From positions 600,001-632,000 of the forward strand of contig JBJLBP010000001.1 of the NCBI GenBank assembly GCA_045568075.1: 32,000 nt of DNA, read 5' to 3'. This DNA is from Candidatus Thalassarchaeaceae archaeon. Lineage in GTDB: Archaea; Thermoplasmatota; Poseidoniia; Poseidoniales; Thalassarchaeaceae. Every line of letters begins with the position of its first letter. Position 1 is the stretch's first letter. This document shows positions 23,423 through 32,000 of the stretch, one piece after another. The notes under the pieces were generated by a model that was not told where the DNA came from, ran no database searches, and worked only from the letters and a program-made list of their open reading frames with translations. The position numbers and the translations under genes were made by a program.

Positions 23423-24604
23423 TCATGGAATCTCGTCGAATTGGTAGCCGTTCTCCCACTGCTTCACGCCTAGGGAGACCTCAAGTTCGAAGGGGGTAAT
23501 CAACGGCTTGGCATACTTCACCGCGTCATCAATCGCGATTCGCGGGCAAGCGGTATTGACGAAAGCGTCGACCGGATAGAAATCAATCAGGTCCGGTCCG
23601 ACGTGGTCGAGAGCCAGAAGATATCCCTTCTTGCCGTGTTGTTCGAGAAGCCTCTTCATTCGAATCGCAAGGTTTCTCCTCATTTGTCCAGGCTTCTCGC
23701 CAATCAAAATGCCGAATGACATTGCATCATCAACCGAGAAAATCAACCCCATTCGCTGGCGTAGAATTCGCTCAATCCGCTCAAACGACATCTCGCTTGC
23801 CTCTCCGTTGTAAGGATCGAGAAGCGCCAGCGGCTTACCGGTGTGCATCACTAAGCCGATTGGATGGAAATCCCCTGAACCAAGGAAAATATAGTGTCCA
23901 ATCGAGGGGTCATCACCTGAGTAATTGCATCCCAGCACCTGCCCAGGGAAAGTCAGTCGAGCCCCGCCAACGGGAATCTCAACTTCGAATCCAGCCTTCT
24001 CTAAGCGCTCTTTGTATTCGGGCAATAGATGCAGGTGCTGAATCGAGCCAACCAATCCCAACTTAGTTCCAGAAAGAGGTGCGACGCGACCAACCGCGTC
24101 GACGAATCGCTCGCGCGCTTCGTCTTCGCTGAGATCAAACGGTGTTGAAGCCTCAGCGAGCCGAGATTCTGCGATTGCCTTGTGGCGAGCGAGGATAGGA
24201 ACAACGGGGTCAATTTCGGGGTCTCCATTGTAGGTTACTGGGATGAAATGAGTAGGCATTCCTGAATCGATATTCATTGCACTGTGTCCCATGTGAGCCA
24301 CTAATTCAACCCCCATCATGCGCATCTTATCGTGCACCAAATCACATGCCCCATAACACGGGTCAGCCGCTAGAACGACCTTCGCTTCGGAGTCTTCTTC
24401 GATCGAATCCATCATTTCGAGGGCCTGCATTTTCAGGCCCTCGGGAACTTGCAGAGCAACCAATCTGTGGTCGTTCTCTTTGATTCGCTCAACGAGGTCG
24501 TCGAGTTCGAAATCGTGGCGCTCCATGTCCATGTTGACCAATTCGCCGTCCGAGGTTCGGTATTTGAGCGGTTGCCTTGGACCGAAGGACCGATTATTCG
24601 ACAA
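23423..24604 (-). CDS. dph2: Diphthamide biosynthesis protein Dph2 (2-(3-amino-3-carboxypropyl)histidine synthase)
   Basis: RLVALQVPEGLK...VLAADPCYGACDL...VAHMGHSAM plus a repeated three-domain layout typical of archaeal Dph2. The start is uncertain: 24604 overlaps the hpt stop by 11 nt, with alternatives Met25/Met27 at 24532/24526. Confidence 0.85.
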   Translation of the reverse strand: MSNNRSFGPRQPLKYRTSDGELVNMDMERHDFELDDLVERIKENDHRLVALQVPEGLKMQALEMMDSIEEDSEAKVVLAADPCYGACDLVHDKMRMMGVELVAHMGHSAMNIDSGMPTHFIPVTYNGDPEIDPVVPILARHKAIAESRLAEASTPFDLSEDEARERFVDAVGRVAPLSGTKLGLVGSIQHLHLLPEYKERLEKAGFEVEIPVGGARLTFPGQVLGCNYSGDDPSIGHYIFLGSGDFHPIGLVMHTGKPLALLDPYNGEASEMSFERIERILRQRMGLIFSVDDAMSFGILIGEKPGQMRRNLAIRMKRLLEQHGKKGYLLALDHVGPDLIDFYPVDAFVNTACPRIAIDDAVKYAKPLITPFELEVSLGVKQWENGYQFDEIP

Positions 24605-25172
24605 TCTCGACCTTTCCGTCGATGATATCTATGCGCGCGAGCGAGCGGATTGGCCAATGTGGCTTCTCTCGATTCAGCCGCTCGCGCCCGTCACCTTTCT
24701 CGATAGCGATGACGATGTCTTGGAGGATTACTCCCATGTCCTCGAGCTGCTGTAGAAGGGGCTCAAGTGTGCCTCCGGTAGAGATCACATCATCGACGAT
24801 GACGATGCGCTCACCGGGCTCGATATCATTGATGTAAACGGTAGACTGTGAGTAACCGGTAGCGACATCGACGCGAGTTTCCCCTTCCATTCCATACGAG
24901 CGCTTGCGGACCACAACGGTTGGCTTTCCAGTTGCGTCGCCAACCGCAGCCAGCAGAGGTAGCCCCATCGCTTCGACGGTGACGATTAGGTCAACTTGGG
25001 ACCAGTCGACGCTCGACACGATGAGGTCTCGCGTCGCGCGTAATACATCGGGATCCATGCGTGGAATACCATCCGAAATCGGGTGGATGAAGTATGGATA
25101 ATCACCCTTCCAAATAATCGGTGCTCCTCGCAACGATTCTTGGAGGATGTTGAGGGGGTCGCCGGGCACCAT
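24594..25172 (-). CDS. hpt: Archaeal-type hypoxanthine/guanine phosphoribosyltransferase
   Basis: YPYFIHPISDGIPRMDP, VTVEAMGLP, VVRKRSYGMEGE, PRPP loop RIVIVDDVISTGGTL. Colinear with the recalled methanogen Hpt. Confidence 0.8.
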   Translation of the reverse strand: MVPGDPLNILQESLRGAPIIWKGDYPYFIHPISDGIPRMDPDVLRATRDLIVSSVDWSQVDLIVTVEAMGLPLLAAVGDATGKPTVVVRKRSYGMEGETRVDVATGYSQSTVYINDIEPGERIVIVDDVISTGGTLEPLLQQLEDMGVILQDIVIAIEKGDGRERLNREKPHWPIRSLARIDIIDGKVEIVE

Positions 25173-25184
25173 ACCCGACCACTC

Positions 25185-25730
25185 TCAAATCAGGCCCTCG
25201 GCCTTCAGCTGCTCGTGGCCCTTGACCACACGGATTGTGGTTGGGCTTGGGAACTTCATCCCAGCCTTGCGCATAGCATCGCGGGCAGCGGGGTAGAACT
25301 CAGGAGATGTGTGGACGGAGACGACGACATCGTTTCTCTTGCAACGGGCAGCGGTGCCGACGTTCTTTCCAAACGAAAGACGCATTCCCTGCGAGACACG
25401 GTCAGCGCCAGCGCCGGTGGCCTGCTTATTCTCACGCAGAATGTTGTGAGGATACTTGTGGATGCGCAGAGCGTATCCCATCTCTCCGGCGATTTCTCTG
25501 ATAGATGCGTTGGAGACTTGACGAGCAGCCTCTAGAGCGGTGTGACGGATCTGAACCGCGTTGTCGACGGTGAGGTGGACCACTACTTCGAATTCACCCG
25601 CCTCGGCAGCCTTACGGTTGCCCATGTGGTAGCGTAGGATTCGATTGTTTGGAACTCCGCCTGTGTATTCACGGCGGGTGTAAGCCTGGCCCTTGACCTG
25701 GCGATACATCTTTGCTGGCTTGCGTGCCAT
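25185..25730 (-). CDS. rpl10e: 50S ribosomal protein L10e (uL16)
   Basis: MARKPAKMYRQVKGQAYTRREYTGGVPNNRI...MRLSFGK...; length of 181 aa. Confidence 0.95.
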   Translation of the reverse strand: MARKPAKMYRQVKGQAYTRREYTGGVPNNRILRYHMGNRKAAEAGEFEVVVHLTVDNAVQIRHTALEAARQVSNASIREIAGEMGYALRIHKYPHNILRENKQATGAGADRVSQGMRLSFGKNVGTAARCKRNDVVVSVHTSPEFYPAARDAMRKAGMKFPSPTTIRVVKGHEQLKAEGLI

Positions 25731-25764
25731 CTCGACTACCTCGGACTCGGCCGACCTGCCTGCC

Positions 25765-25774
25765 GTATATAATG
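25765..25774 (-). promoter_or_regulatory. TATA box candidate for rpl10e
   Basis: The complement reads CATTATATAC, 35-44 nt upstream of the rpl10e ATG (25730). This implies a short leader. Confidence 0.5.
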
Positions 25775-25845
25775 CTGAGTGAATCCCCTACGGGGCTCGT
25801 CCACACGCCTTGCGATGTCTCAGGAGCGGAGTGAGCGGATAGCCA

Positions 25846-26805
25846 TCAACCGGTGCGCAAACGCTCGCTCTCTCTTTGCACCAATCTTACTCCACTTACG
25901 ATGAGAATAAAGCCGGCGATAAGAGTCCAACCAACCTTCTCATTGAGCAACAAAACGCCACCAAGTACTCCGAAGACTGGCACCAAGAAGACATACGATG
26001 AGGCGGCTGTTGCACCCAATTTCTCGATGCCCATTGCGAACCAATAGTAAGCGATTACTGTGGAGAGTGCGCCGAGGTAAAGGATGGCGTACCAATCTGT
26101 CATCGTGGGTTCTGGAATACCATACTGCCAAGTCTCCCAAGCAGCCAACGGGGTGAGCATCACTGTCCCGATTAGTGAGTACCAAACGACGATTTCTAGC
26201 GTGCTCGCCTCCGCCTCACCTTTCCGACGTTCCATCATCCGCTTGGTCATGTTAGTTGTCATCGCCCAGTTCAACGAGGCGAGCAAGATCATGAAATCAC
26301 CTAGGATTCGATCCTCGAAAGGAATGTCTGTATTGGGACTCCAGCCGGTGACTACTGCTACTCCTACAAATCCGCAAGCAAGGCCAACGAACATCTTTCT
26401 TGAAATTGGTTGGCCGAGCAATGGAGCGGCTAGTAGAACAGTAAAAATTGGATTGAAAGTAATAATCAAAGATGCATCACCGGCTGCAGTAAATTGCATT
26501 CCATGCATGAAAAAGATCTGGTAACCTAGAACTCCTGTTAGCCCGATTAAAGTCAGTGTTTTCCAAGATTGTCGACCAGTAGGTAGCCAGTTGACTTTCT
26601 TTCCTTTGAGCGCTCGCGCGGCGAACCAGAGGTAGAACAGCACCATTGTCACGATGTACCTTAGCCAAGCACCAGTCATTGGAGGGAGGCCTAGTGCTAG
26701 TATTCTCCCAACCGCCCATGACAACCCCCAGATAAATGCGACAAGGAGCATCAATCCGTGGATGCTAAACTGCTTTCCATCACTCAACAGAAGCACCTCT
26801 TGCAA
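25846..26805 (-). CDS. EamA/DMT-family transporter (10 TM)
   Basis: Two EamA-like halves, with repeated hydrophobic helices (FIWGLSWAVGR..., YLGALSTVIAYYWFAMGIEKLGATAASSYVFLVPVFG). TTG start at 26805; the first ATG (26751) would truncate TM1. Confidence 0.8.
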   Translation of the reverse strand: MQEVLLLSDGKQFSIHGLMLLVAFIWGLSWAVGRILALGLPPMTGAWLRYIVTMVLFYLWFAARALKGKKVNWLPTGRQSWKTLTLIGLTGVLGYQIFFMHGMQFTAAGDASLIITFNPIFTVLLAAPLLGQPISRKMFVGLACGFVGVAVVTGWSPNTDIPFEDRILGDFMILLASLNWAMTTNMTKRMMERRKGEAEASTLEIVVWYSLIGTVMLTPLAAWETWQYGIPEPTMTDWYAILYLGALSTVIAYYWFAMGIEKLGATAASSYVFLVPVFGVLGGVLLLNEKVGWTLIAGFILIVSGVRLVQRESERLRTG

Positions 26806-26840
26806 CCCTATGTGAGTCTAGGTCAAATACTGTCCTAAGA

Positions 26841-27242
26841 TTACATCAGATGACTTAGAACACGTTCCCATGCCATTACTCCGAATACAACAATCGAAGA
26901 AATCAGCCACAAATTGTAAGCTGGTTTTGGAACTTCAATTTCCTTTACATCGATAATTCTTGGAATGATCGAACGTAGTGCAATGAAGACAAAAGCGAGG
27001 TAGATTAGTGGGGTGCCCAAGTTGAAATCGATAGCCGCTTGATAGTCGAAATGTGTCATCGCAACAAATCCTCTAGTCATACCACAGAATGGACATTGAT
27101 GTCCTGTCAGATGAAACCATGGACAAAGATTCAGACTATCCACTTCACCATGTGGGAGTATAGCAGAGGTAAGCAATGCCCCTGTGGCAATTGCACCTTC
27201 AATATCCTCCTTTGAAATGGAAAACCCTGAAAATTTCACCAT
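26841..27242 (-). CDS. DUF2752 membrane protein
   Basis: CPWFHLTGHQCPFCGMTRGF is the DUF2752 signature (C..k.ltG..CPgCG.TR). ATG 27242 is preferred over the track's TTG 27272. AT-rich gene. Confidence 0.7.
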   Translation of the reverse strand: MVKFSGFSISKEDIEGAIATGALLTSAILPHGEVDSLNLCPWFHLTGHQCPFCGMTRGFVAMTHFDYQAAIDFNLGTPLIYLAFVFIALRSIIPRIIDVKEIEVPKPAYNLWLISSIVVFGVMAWERVLSHLM

Positions 27243-27272
27243 TTTCCAACATCCTTCCTTCCAGACTTCCAA

Positions 27273-27314
27273 TTCTATGTTGACCTTATGCTGGAGTTTA
27301 ATTTAAACATAGAA
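27273..27314. repeat. 9-bp perfect inverted repeat bracketing the DUF2752/TM2 divergent promoter
   Basis: TTCTATGTT (27273-27281) and AACATAGAA (27306-27314). The 24-nt spacer contains TTTAATTTAAA. Confidence 0.6.
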
Positions 27315-27330
27315 CCGCCTCTCCAAGTTT

Positions 27331-27549
27331 ATGGAAGGAACTTCCGATAAAGACTGGACAACATTATTGATTTTGAGTATTCTACTCGGTGGACTAGGCG
27401 TGGACCATTTCTATGCCGGAAAGATAGGAACTGGTGTACTAAAGCTAATCACCGTAGGTGGTTGTGGAATTTGGGCAATATATGACATAATCATGGTCGC
27501 CACACAGAAATTTACCGACGGCGATGGAAATGTCATCACCAATCAGTGA
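27331..27549 (+). CDS. TM2-domain protein
   Basis: KDWTTLLILSILLGGLGVDHFYAGKIGTGVLKLITVGGCGIWAIYDIIMV is the TM2 two-helix motif. Confidence 0.8.
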   Translation: MEGTSDKDWTTLLILSILLGGLGVDHFYAGKIGTGVLKLITVGGCGIWAIYDIIMVATQKFTDGDGNVITNQ

Positions 27550-27551
27550 AA

Positions 27552-27580
27552 TTTCTTTTAGGAATATCACTTGTTTTCTC
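27552..27580 (+). terminator. Oligo-T tracts after the TM2 gene
   Basis: TTTCTTTT (27552-27559) and TTGTTTTCTC (27571-27580) directly follow the stop at 27547-27549. Confidence 0.3.
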
Positions 27581-27620
27581 GATCAACAATTAGCGTAAGC
27601 TAAATTCAATGATTCAACGA

Positions 27621-27641
27621 TACCATCCCTAAGGGATGGTA
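27621..27641. promoter_or_regulatory. 21-bp perfect palindrome upstream of mutS
   Basis: TACCATCCCT-A-AGGGATGGTA has 10-bp arms and a single central base. It lies 59-94 bp before the mutS start candidates. Confidence 0.65.
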
Positions 27642-27714
27642 GAACAGGATTGCTTATGCACCCTCGACGCACAGCCATAGCCCACGCGCAGCGTAAGCAA
27701 TGGTGGAGTTTGAC

Positions 27715-30411
27715 ATGGCAAAGCGATCTATGCTTGACCAATACGCCGAAATCAAGGCGCAGCACCCCGATACGGTACTTTTCTTCCGCATGGGAGATTT
27801 CTATGAGATGTTCCATGAGGACGCTGTTCTGGCCTCGGAAGTGCTGGGGATTACTCTAACCAGTCGTGACAAAAATTCCGACGAGCCCGTTCCAATGGCG
27901 GGAGTTCCGTGGCATTCCATTCAGACATATCTGCAAGGAATGCTACGAGCTGGGCACAAGGTCACATTGTGCGAGCAGGAAGATGAATTGAGGCCAGGCT
28001 CAAAGATTCTTGAGCGGGTCGTGACCCGAGTTTACACACCGGGCTCTCTTTACGAGGAGGACCTGATTGGTGAGGATGGCTCGAGCCTCTTGGCTGGAGT
28101 TGTGGCTCGTGGGGATGGACTAGGTGTCGCTATCCTCGATTCTTCGACTGGTCGTGCTTGGTTGCAAGAGCACTCGGGGGCTGGTCGATACGAACGCGTT
28201 CGTGATGAATTACAGCGATGGGGGCCGAGCGAACTTGTGCTTGGTCGTCGCGATGCAGAGAGTGAGGAGATGCGTGGCTTGCTGGGCGCGCTCGACCGCG
28301 TTACTCTGAGCGTCCATGATGGCAGCGCTGAGCAGCACCTCCAGTCTGTACGAGACCATCTAGACCTGGTTGATCTTGGTTCAGTTGATCTCGATCGTAG
28401 GCCTCTTGCAATGGAGGCCTGCGGGCTTACTGCCGGTTATCTGGCGAGATTGCACCTCGTCGATGTCGTTCCTCTGCGAGAGGTGCATCTTGATGCAGAT
28501 GATGGGCATTTGGTGCTGGACCAGACGACCCTGAGAAACCTCGAGCTGACTCATACTCTCGCTGGTGAGAAGGATGGTTCGCTGGTCCAGGCAATCGATT
28601 GCACTCGGACTTGGATGGGTCGCAGGCAACTGAAAGAATGGATACTGCGACCACTTACTGATTCCGAGAGAATCGCCGCTCGGCAGGCGGCTGTCGCGAG
28701 TCTCGTCAAGGCGCCGCGCCGCCTCGACAATATTCGTGAGACGCTCAAGTCGATGCGCGACTTGGAGCGCTTGTCAACGCGTTTGGCCTATGGTAGGGCA
28801 AACGGTCGCGACTTGATTGCGGTAGCCGATTGCCTTGAGCGGATGCCACGCCTGCAAGGCTTGCTCTCAGAGGGCGGATCCGAGTTGCTTCACGAGTGCG
28901 CTGAGGGCTTGACTGATCTCGATCCGCTGATGCACCATATCGCATCGCGAGTAGTTGCGGAACCGCCAATGACAATCCGAGACGGTGGCATCTTCCAAAC
29001 CGGCGTGAACGAACAATTGGATGACCTCCGCCAGAAGGCAGGAGAAGGTACGGATTGGCTGAAGTCCTTTGAATCACAAGAAAGGGAGAGATTGGACATT
29101 CCTAACCTGAAAGTGAAGCATAATAGGCAGTTTGGATTCTTCATTGAGATCACTAAATCTCACCTCGACAAGGTTCCTGAAGAGTACCGGCGCAGGCAGA
29201 CGATGACTAATGCAGAACGCTATACTACGGACCAGTTGAAAGAGTGGGAAGAGGTTATTCTCACCGCTGACGACAGGGCCAAGGCACTCGAGCATGAGAT
29301 ATTCGTTGAATTGCGTCGCGAGGTCGCTTCACATTCAACCACTTTGAGCGCACTTGGGCGTAAGATCGCCAGCGCGGATGTCTTGTCCGCCTTTGCTCAT
29401 CATGCGCGAAAGCGCTCATGGAATCGACCTGAAATTCGCATGGATTCAACAATGGATATCGTCGGTGGCAGGCATCCGGTGTTGGAAGATGACGGGCGCT
29501 TCGTACCGAATGGGATTAATTTCGATAAGCGTCGTCGATTCCTACTTCTAACCGGACCCAACATGGGTGGAAAGTCGACTTATCTCAGGCAGACCGCTCT
29601 CATTACTATCTTAGCTCAGGCGGGCGCATTCGTTCCTGCTGAGAAGGCGAAAATCGGTATTGTCGACCGCGTCTTCACTCGAGTCGGCGCTCATGATGAC
29701 CTTCGACGCGGTCGTTCGACTTTCATGATGGAAATGATCGAAGTAGCCCACATACTTCGTAGAGCCACACCACGAAGTCTAGTTTTGCTTGACGAAGTTG
29801 GACGTGGGACCTCGACATTCGATGGCCTCGCGATCGCCTGGTCGGTCACCGAAGACATCGCTACGCGTGTGGAAGCGAGAACCCTTTTCGCAACTCATTA
29901 CCATCAATTGGTCGGACTTGCTGAGGAAATAGAGGGTCTGGTCAATATCCATGTCCAAGTTGCTGATGTCAATGGCGAAATTCGTTTCCTACACACAGTT
30001 GCAGACGGACCCTGTGATGACTCCTATGGAGTTCAGGTAGCGGCACTAGCAGGACTTCCGAGCGGAGTTGTCGAGCGGGCGCGTGACTTGCTGATTTTCC
30101 TTGAAGGTCAAGCAGAGGGTGCGCGTGCTGGAGTCGATGGAACACCCGAATCACGTCAAGCGGGGCAGTCGAGCCTCTACGGTTGGATGCTCCCTACAGG
30201 AGATGCACCACCGGCTCGCAGCGACACGGTTCCAAGCGTTGAACCAGCAAAGGAAATCATAGTCCAAGAGGACCCTATGCTACGTGAAATAGCCGAGCGA
30301 CTCGAATCACTAGACCCAGACTCACTGACTCCAAGAGAAGCCCTCGAAGCCCTATATGCTATCCAAAACGCCCTCGAGAATTCTGCGGCATCGAAGAAGT
30401 TGGAGGAGTGA
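27715..30411 (+). CDS. mutS: DNA mismatch repair protein MutS (bacterial MutS1 type)
   Basis: MLDQYAEIKAQHPDTVLFFRMGDFYEMF (mismatch-binding domain), Walker A TGPNMGGKST, LVLLDEVGRGTSTFDG, THYH. ATG 27715 follows GGTGGAG; ATG 27700 is the alternative. Confidence 0.95.
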   Translation: MAKRSMLDQYAEIKAQHPDTVLFFRMGDFYEMFHEDAVLASEVLGITLTSRDKNSDEPVPMAGVPWHSIQTYLQGMLRAGHKVTLCEQEDELRPGSKILERVVTRVYTPGSLYEEDLIGEDGSSLLAGVVARGDGLGVAILDSSTGRAWLQEHSGAGRYERVRDELQRWGPSELVLGRRDAESEEMRGLLGALDRVTLSVHDGSAEQHLQSVRDHLDLVDLGSVDLDRRPLAMEACGLTAGYLARLHLVDVVPLREVHLDADDGHLVLDQTTLRNLELTHTLAGEKDGSLVQAIDCTRTWMGRRQLKEWILRPLTDSERIAARQAAVASLVKAPRRLDNIRETLKSMRDLERLSTRLAYGRANGRDLIAVADCLERMPRLQGLLSEGGSELLHECAEGLTDLDPLMHHIASRVVAEPPMTIRDGGIFQTGVNEQLDDLRQKAGEGTDWLKSFESQERERLDIPNLKVKHNRQFGFFIEITKSHLDKVPEEYRRRQTMTNAERYTTDQLKEWEEVILTADDRAKALEHEIFVELRREVASHSTTLSALGRKIASADVLSAFAHHARKRSWNRPEIRMDSTMDIVGGRHPVLEDDGRFVPNGINFDKRRRFLLLTGPNMGGKSTYLRQTALITILAQAGAFVPAEKAKIGIVDRVFTRVGAHDDLRRGRSTFMMEMIEVAHILRRATPRSLVLLDEVGRGTSTFDGLAIAWSVTEDIATRVEARTLFATHYHQLVGLAEEIEGLVNIHVQVADVNGEIRFLHTVADGPCDDSYGVQVAALAGLPSGVVERARDLLIFLEGQAEGARAGVDGTPESRQAGQSSLYGWMLPTGDAPPARSDTVPSVEPAKEIIVQEDPMLREIAERLESLDPDSLTPREALEALYAIQNALENSAASKKLEE

Positions 30412-30413
30412 GT

Positions 30414-32000
30414 ATGGCCGAACTCGAGAAGTCAACACGAGTCGAAATCAAGCAACTCGACGAGCTTACAATCGGCAAGATAGCAGCCGGTGAAGTCGTC
30501 GAACGTCCAGCCCAAGTGGTCAAGGAACTCGTCGAGAATGCATTTGATGCTGGAGCCAGCAGAGTCCGAATTGAAATCGAGCGTGGCGGATTCGACCGAA
30601 TCACAGTGATAGACGACGGACACGGAATTCCATCCGAAGAACTCGGACTTGCAATCACTCGCCACGCAACCAGCAAACTAGCGGGACCGGATGATCTGAA
30701 CCAAATCGAGACCAAGGGGTTCCGTGGCGAAGCACTCGCATCCATCGGTGCGGTTAGCGAATTGACCGTCTCAAGCCGAATTGGAGAGGGTGAGGGAGCA
30801 CAGATTAGAGTCGACAATGGAATCGTCTCCGAGGTCGAAGCAGCAGGAATCGCACCAGGGACAAGAATCGACGTACTGAACCTCTTTGCAAAGGTTCCAG
30901 CCCGCCTCTCTTTCCAACGCCGACCATCGACAGAAACTGCTGCAATAGTAGATGTCGGCGTTCAATCAGCACTCTCAGAACCCAGTGCAGGGGTCATCGT
31001 CGAAATAGATGGAAGAAAAGTCCTCGACTGCCCTCCTTCTGAGTCGGCTGAGGACCGCCTCTACGATCTATTCGGCGCAACCTCAGCCGAACTAATCCCA
31101 CTTGCTGCATCGGCTGCCGACGCCGACGCTCCCGGAGAAGAACGCTGGACAGGGTGGATCTCGCCACCCGGTCTAACTCGAAGCCGATCTGACGATATTC
31201 ACATTCTTGTCAACGGGCGGCCTGTAGCACCCGGTCCATTTCTGCAAGCGGTCAGAAGAGGCTACCACACTCGCTTGATGGTCGGCCGGCACCCGATGGG
31301 AGTCCTTACTCTGACTCTCCCTCCAAACGAGGTAGACGTCAATGTCCATCCAACCAAGCGTGAAGTTCGACTGAAGAATTCATGGCGTGTTCTCGAACGC
31401 CTCGAGAGATCGATCAAACACACTCTCTCGCACATCGCCACGATTCCAGAAGCCAGTGAAGCGACGGTTCTCGAGGGCATCTCCGAACGGGCGGAGTCAA
31501 CTAAACCAGCTTCTCGACCACCGGCAAAACTCCCGGAGTGGGCAAGCGCTGCCAGCGAGAGCCCGACAGTACAGACTCGATTTTCGAGTGTCCGAACAGC
31601 AGCAGAAGTCCAGCCAAGAGAGGCTAAACGACCCGAATCTGAACTGATTACAGAACAAAACACGCTCCCCGGAATGGACGCCGAACCGATTGCTCCATCA
31701 CTTTCCTCCGAGGAGCGAGAACTCCACCGCCATGCGGTGGGTGAATCGACATCTCCACTAGACGAACCGGTGCCGGAGGCGGCCGCATTACCTGACCTTC
31801 CAGAGATGGTTCCATTGGCGCAGTTAGCCGATTCTTACATCCTTGCAGAGGGAGGTGACGAACTTTTCATCATCGATCAACACGCACTCCATGAACGCAT
31901 TCGATACCAACGACTACGTCAACAAATGGTCAGTTGGGATAGTCAAAACCTCGTCTCTCCGGTGACAATTTCCCTCGGTGCGAGGCAGAAGGCTGCAGCG
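30414..32000 (+). CDS. mutL: DNA mismatch repair protein MutL, 3'-truncated by the window edge
   Basis: Absent from the ORF track because no stop is reached. The ATG lies 3 nt after the mutS stop. Translated by hand: MAELEKSTRVEIKQLDELTIGKIAAGEVVERPAQVVKELVENAFDAGASRVRIEIERGGFDRITVIDDGHGI...RHATSKL (GHKL ATPase). Near the end: YILAEGGDELFIIDQHALHERIRYQ (C-terminal domain). Confidence 0.9.
   Translation, partial: MAELEKSTRVEIKQLDELTIGKIAAGEVVERPAQVVKELVENAFDAGASRVRIEIERGGFDRITVIDDGHGIPSEELGLAITRHATSKLAGPDDLNQIETKGFRGEALASIGAVSELTVSSRIGEGEGAQIRVDNGIVSEVEAAGIAPGTRIDVLNLFAKVPARLSFQRRPSTETAAIVDVGVQSALSEPSAGVIVEIDGRKVLDCPPSESAEDRLYDLFGATSAELIPLAASAADADAPGEERWTGWISPPGLTRSRSDDIHILVNGRPVAPGPFLQAVRRGYHTRLMVGRHPMGVLTLTLPPNEVDVNVHPTKREVRLKNSWRVLERLERSIKHTLSHIATIPEASEATVLEGISERAESTKPASRPPAKLPEWASAASESPTVQTRFSSVRTAAEVQPREAKRPESELITEQNTLPGMDAEPIAPSLSSEERELHRHAVGESTSPLDEPVPEAAALPDLPEMVPLAQLADSYILAEGGDELFIIDQHALHERIRYQRLRQQMVSWDSQNLVSPVTISLGARQKAAA

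Noticed and set aside
27583-27816. 77-aa minus-strand ORF spanning the mutS upstream region and start
   Set aside because: It overlaps the mutS N-terminus in antisense and has no motifs. The region is better explained by regulatory repeats.

Overview
This is an archaeal chromosomal segment. A/V-type ATPase B and D, SMC-ScpA-ScpB, Orc1/Cdc6, aIF2-gamma, S6e, L10e and Dph2 fix the domain. A class II HMG-CoA reductase, bacterial-type MutS-MutL and a very acidic proteome fit a marine Thermoplasmatota-like euryarchaeon, but that placement is inference.

About 26 protein genes are tightly packed, with many 1-11 nt overlaps and GGTG/GGAGG Shine-Dalgarno boxes. I saw no rRNA, tRNA, CRISPR array, integrase or transposase.

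Most of the window is housekeeping DNA at roughly 55% GC (hand counts of single 60-nt lines). Two AT-rich islets (about 35-40% GC) with a different codon dialect interrupt it.

(i) 17.0-19.95 kb holds three genes and is my best candidate for an undescribed accessory system:
- a Regnase/Zc3h12a-type NYN RNase fused to a long K/E coiled coil;
- a small TauD/GBBH-like Fe(II)/2-oxoglutarate dioxygenase;
- a divergently transcribed GRDP/DUF1399-like protein ending in a C-x3-C-x3-C-x3-C tail.

(ii) 26.8-27.6 kb holds a divergent DUF2752/TM2 membrane-protein pair.

A second candidate lies at 14.2-17.0 kb. A dense two-fold-symmetric array of GCGTTAA heptamers and three GTGAR boxes at exact 10-bp phasing precede an operon. 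The operon encodes an Orc/Cdc6-like P-loop protein with Walker A Lys->Arg and a hyper-acidic Trp-studded tail, an acidic/Pro-rich winged-helix partner, and a DUF357 protein.

All family assignments come from motif recall on the translations. None comes from a database search.
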